Below are positions 61,571 through 64,000 of a DNA stretch of 64,000 bases, in pieces (within the stretch, counting starts at the first letter, position 1; every line of letters starts with the position of its first letter). Made by a program: the position numbers and the translations under genes. The notes under the pieces are model-generated. The model ran no database searches. It saw nothing but the letters and a program-made list of their open reading frames with translations, and was not told the origin of the DNA. Location of the stretch: NCBI GenBank assembly GCA_038087875.1, contig JAXLNO010000146.1, positions 1 to 64,000 on the forward strand, written 5' to 3'. This DNA is from Malacoraja senta (lineage: Eukaryota).

Positions 61571-63198
61571 TTTTTTTAAAAATATGTTTATTTTATTAGA
61601 AGTACAATTGTATACAATCATATTTTCATAATACATTTTATGTACAGCTTATTTTTTTTTTATAATAAAGAAGAAAAAGAAAAAGAAGTTAGATAATGAA
61701 GTATAGAAAAATGTGAGATATATAGTGCGTGGAAAAGAAAAATAGAAAGTGAAAGAAGAAAGTTAAAGAATAGAAAGAGAATAAAAGAAGAAAAAGGAAG
61801 AAAAAGAAAAAAGAAGTAAGGAGATCTTATTTATAATCTTGACCACCCCTCGCCCAGTCACGAGTTAGCTTTTACAATTGTGTTGCACCATATGATTCCA
61901 AAAATACGCCAAATGGAGACCAACTCGTTGTGAATTGGTCAAATTTATCTATTAGGAGGAATCGCATTTCCTCAAGATGTGCGGTGTCCAACATACTTGC
62001 AATCCACATTTTGAGCGTTGGTATTGGTGTATTTTTCCAAAATTTGAGTATTAATTTTTTTGCTGTTATTAAACCATAATTAAAAAATAATTTTTGAGAT
62101 GGATTCAGTTTATTCCCAATAAATTTTGATAAAATTGAGCAAATCTTTTATTAATATCTTTAGGTAGTATTAGTAATTCACCATTCTCTGATTTAATTTT
62201 GTTTATATTATTTTCTTTTTCTTGTTTTTTCAGTTGGCGCGCTTACAGCTTATGTGGTTTGTCACCAAACTCAAAATGTTCCTGTTTTGTAATTTGGAAT
62301 AATCTTATTACTCTTGCCGAGAGAATTCGATTAAGTTTAAATTTCAGTAATATTATCTTATTATGTTTATCTATAGTGGAATCTTTAGCATTATCTAACT
62401 CTAACTGTCTTATTTCTTGTTCTAACAACATTTGTTCTGTTTTATTCTTTTTATTTTGAAAAATTTCGTATGAAATTATAATTCCTCTAATAAATGCTTT
62501 AAAGGTTTCCCATAGTAAAGAAGGTGAGGTACCTGGTGTATCATTTATCTCAAAAAATAATTTCATATGTTGTTTTAAGTATTGATAACCTTGTAAGTCA
62601 TTTAAGATATATGTATTAAACCTCCAAAAAAAGTTTTTACCCGGCATTCCCTCAAATTTTACTGAAAAAGTCAACGGAGAGTGATCAGAAATACTACTAA
62701 TGTGGTATGTTGGATTAATTGTATATGGCATTAATTTCATATCCACTAAAAAATAATCGATTCTTGAATATGTTTTATGTACCGAAGAGTAAAACGAATA
62801 TTCCCTTCCTACTGGATTAGCAGATCTCCATACATCTGTTATATTAGTATTTTTTATATATGTATTTAGAAGTTCACTAGTATTAGATTTTAAATTAATC
62901 CTTCTTTGTTTTACTGATTTGTCTAAGTATGGATCTAAAACACAGTTGAAATCCTCCCCTATTATCACATTTTGATAATTAAACTCTAATATTATATCTA
63001 TAATTTTATAAAAAAATTGAGGGTTATCAAAATTCGGAGCGTAAATATTTATCATAGTTATTGGGGTAGCATAAATATCTCCCGAAACTATGATGTACCT
63101 TCCCTCTTTATCTGATATAGTATTCTTTAATTTAAAAGGTATACCTTTTCGAATAAGAATAGCCATACCTCTAGATTTTGAAGTAAATGACGAATAAT
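61571..63198 (-). mobile_element. L1 LINE: ORF2 APE endonuclease (62243-63166) joined by deletion to the 3' end and poly(A)
   Basis: SKSRGMAILI, DKEGRYIIV, NIYAPN, DFNCVLDP, YSRIDYFL, ISDHSP, WRFN; A-rich tail with AATAAA. Confidence 0.9.
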
Positions 63199-64000
63199 AG
63201 TAGGATTAAACGAGAACATACCTAAGTTTGAAGTTTGATCTTTATTTAATGAGGAGTTACGTAGGTGATTACGTGAAGAAACCCGCCAATGCGCCTGCGC
63301 GTCAATCTTCAAAGCAGCGGTGTGAAATCACAAAAAACAACAACCGAAGTAAAATAGTCTCATAATAAAACAAGTAATACAAGAACTTCCATCTGACCTT
63401 TATGATAGAGGGTAGGGTCGTGGTGGGCACGTAATCACCTACGTAACTCCTCATAAAATAAAGATCAAACTTCAAACTTAGGTAAGTTCTCGTTTAATCT
63501 TACTATTTTACTTCGGAGTCACGTGAGTGACGACGTGAAGATTTTAAAGCTTTGTGATTTCATGCCGTAGATCAATCCCGGCTTCTCACTGCATTGATTG
63601 ACTCGGAACGAGAATAATCAATCGTGCATTCATAATAACATTTGTACCACAAATGCAGTAATTCATTTTAATAATGAAATTAATCAGATCCCCTTTAAAC
63701 CAGAGGAATTTACACAGAACTTAAAATAGTTTCTGCAAACAATCCCGCATTAATAATAGGCCGATGGTAAAAATGTTGAAACATCAACTCATTGGACCAC
63801 CCCGGCGGCTGCGAGGATATGGTCGACGGGGACGTCTTTCGCCCTGGCCGCCGACGTTGCTGCTGCCCTAGTTACCTAGGTAAAAACATCAGTGTTAATA
63901 CCAGCAGCTGTTAAGACTTCTTTTATCCATCTGGAAATGGTCTGTACTGAAACTCTCTTGTGTGGTTTCTTGTGTGTGATCAACAACCCAGTTTCCGTAT
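63196..64000 (-). mobile_element. DIRS-like element 3' end: tyrosine recombinase C-terminus (63710-63998, one stop), ICR (63428-63540), 3' terminal repeat
   Basis: My translation: QTISRWIKEVLTAAGINTDVFT*VTRAAATS...ILAAAGWSNELMFQHFYHRPI. The ICR is inverted relative to 63196-63275. Confidence 0.9.

Overview
Eukaryotic, intron-bearing, almost wholly transposon-derived DNA. The repeat families (HE1/V-SINE-like SINE, esterase-ORF1 CR1, hammerhead-bearing Penelope) suggest a cartilaginous fish such as a skate or shark; this is inference. I recognise no host protein-coding gene, rRNA or tRNA gene. The window is a dense, nested mosaic of about 15 TE or retrovirus groups: Gypsy, BEL/Pao, DIRS, class I ERV, a foamy-virus-like pol fragment, Penelope, CR1, L2, Rex1/Babar, L1, Vingi-like, hAT, P/THAP9, ISL2EU-type (SWIM-YqaJ-PHD), Academ, Helitron, Tc1/mariner-type MITE and Harbinger. 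Most striking: nearly every coding TE fragment, DNA transposons included, lies on the minus strand, as in a flamenco-like uni-strand piRNA cluster or TE trap. Other highlights: a complete two-gene Harbinger (intact 432-aa transposase, spliced MADF partner, TIRs, TGA TSD) nested in an 8.5-kb Helitron that sits inside a CR1; an endogenous spumaretrovirus-like RNase H/integrase fragment; minimal hammerhead ribozymes; a DIRS internal complementary region; a TG..CA insertion with an internal PPT-LTR-PBS unit; and an Academ MITE carrying an exon-like segment. Family calls come from motif recognition by eye, not database searches, and boundaries without a TSD or TIR are approximate.
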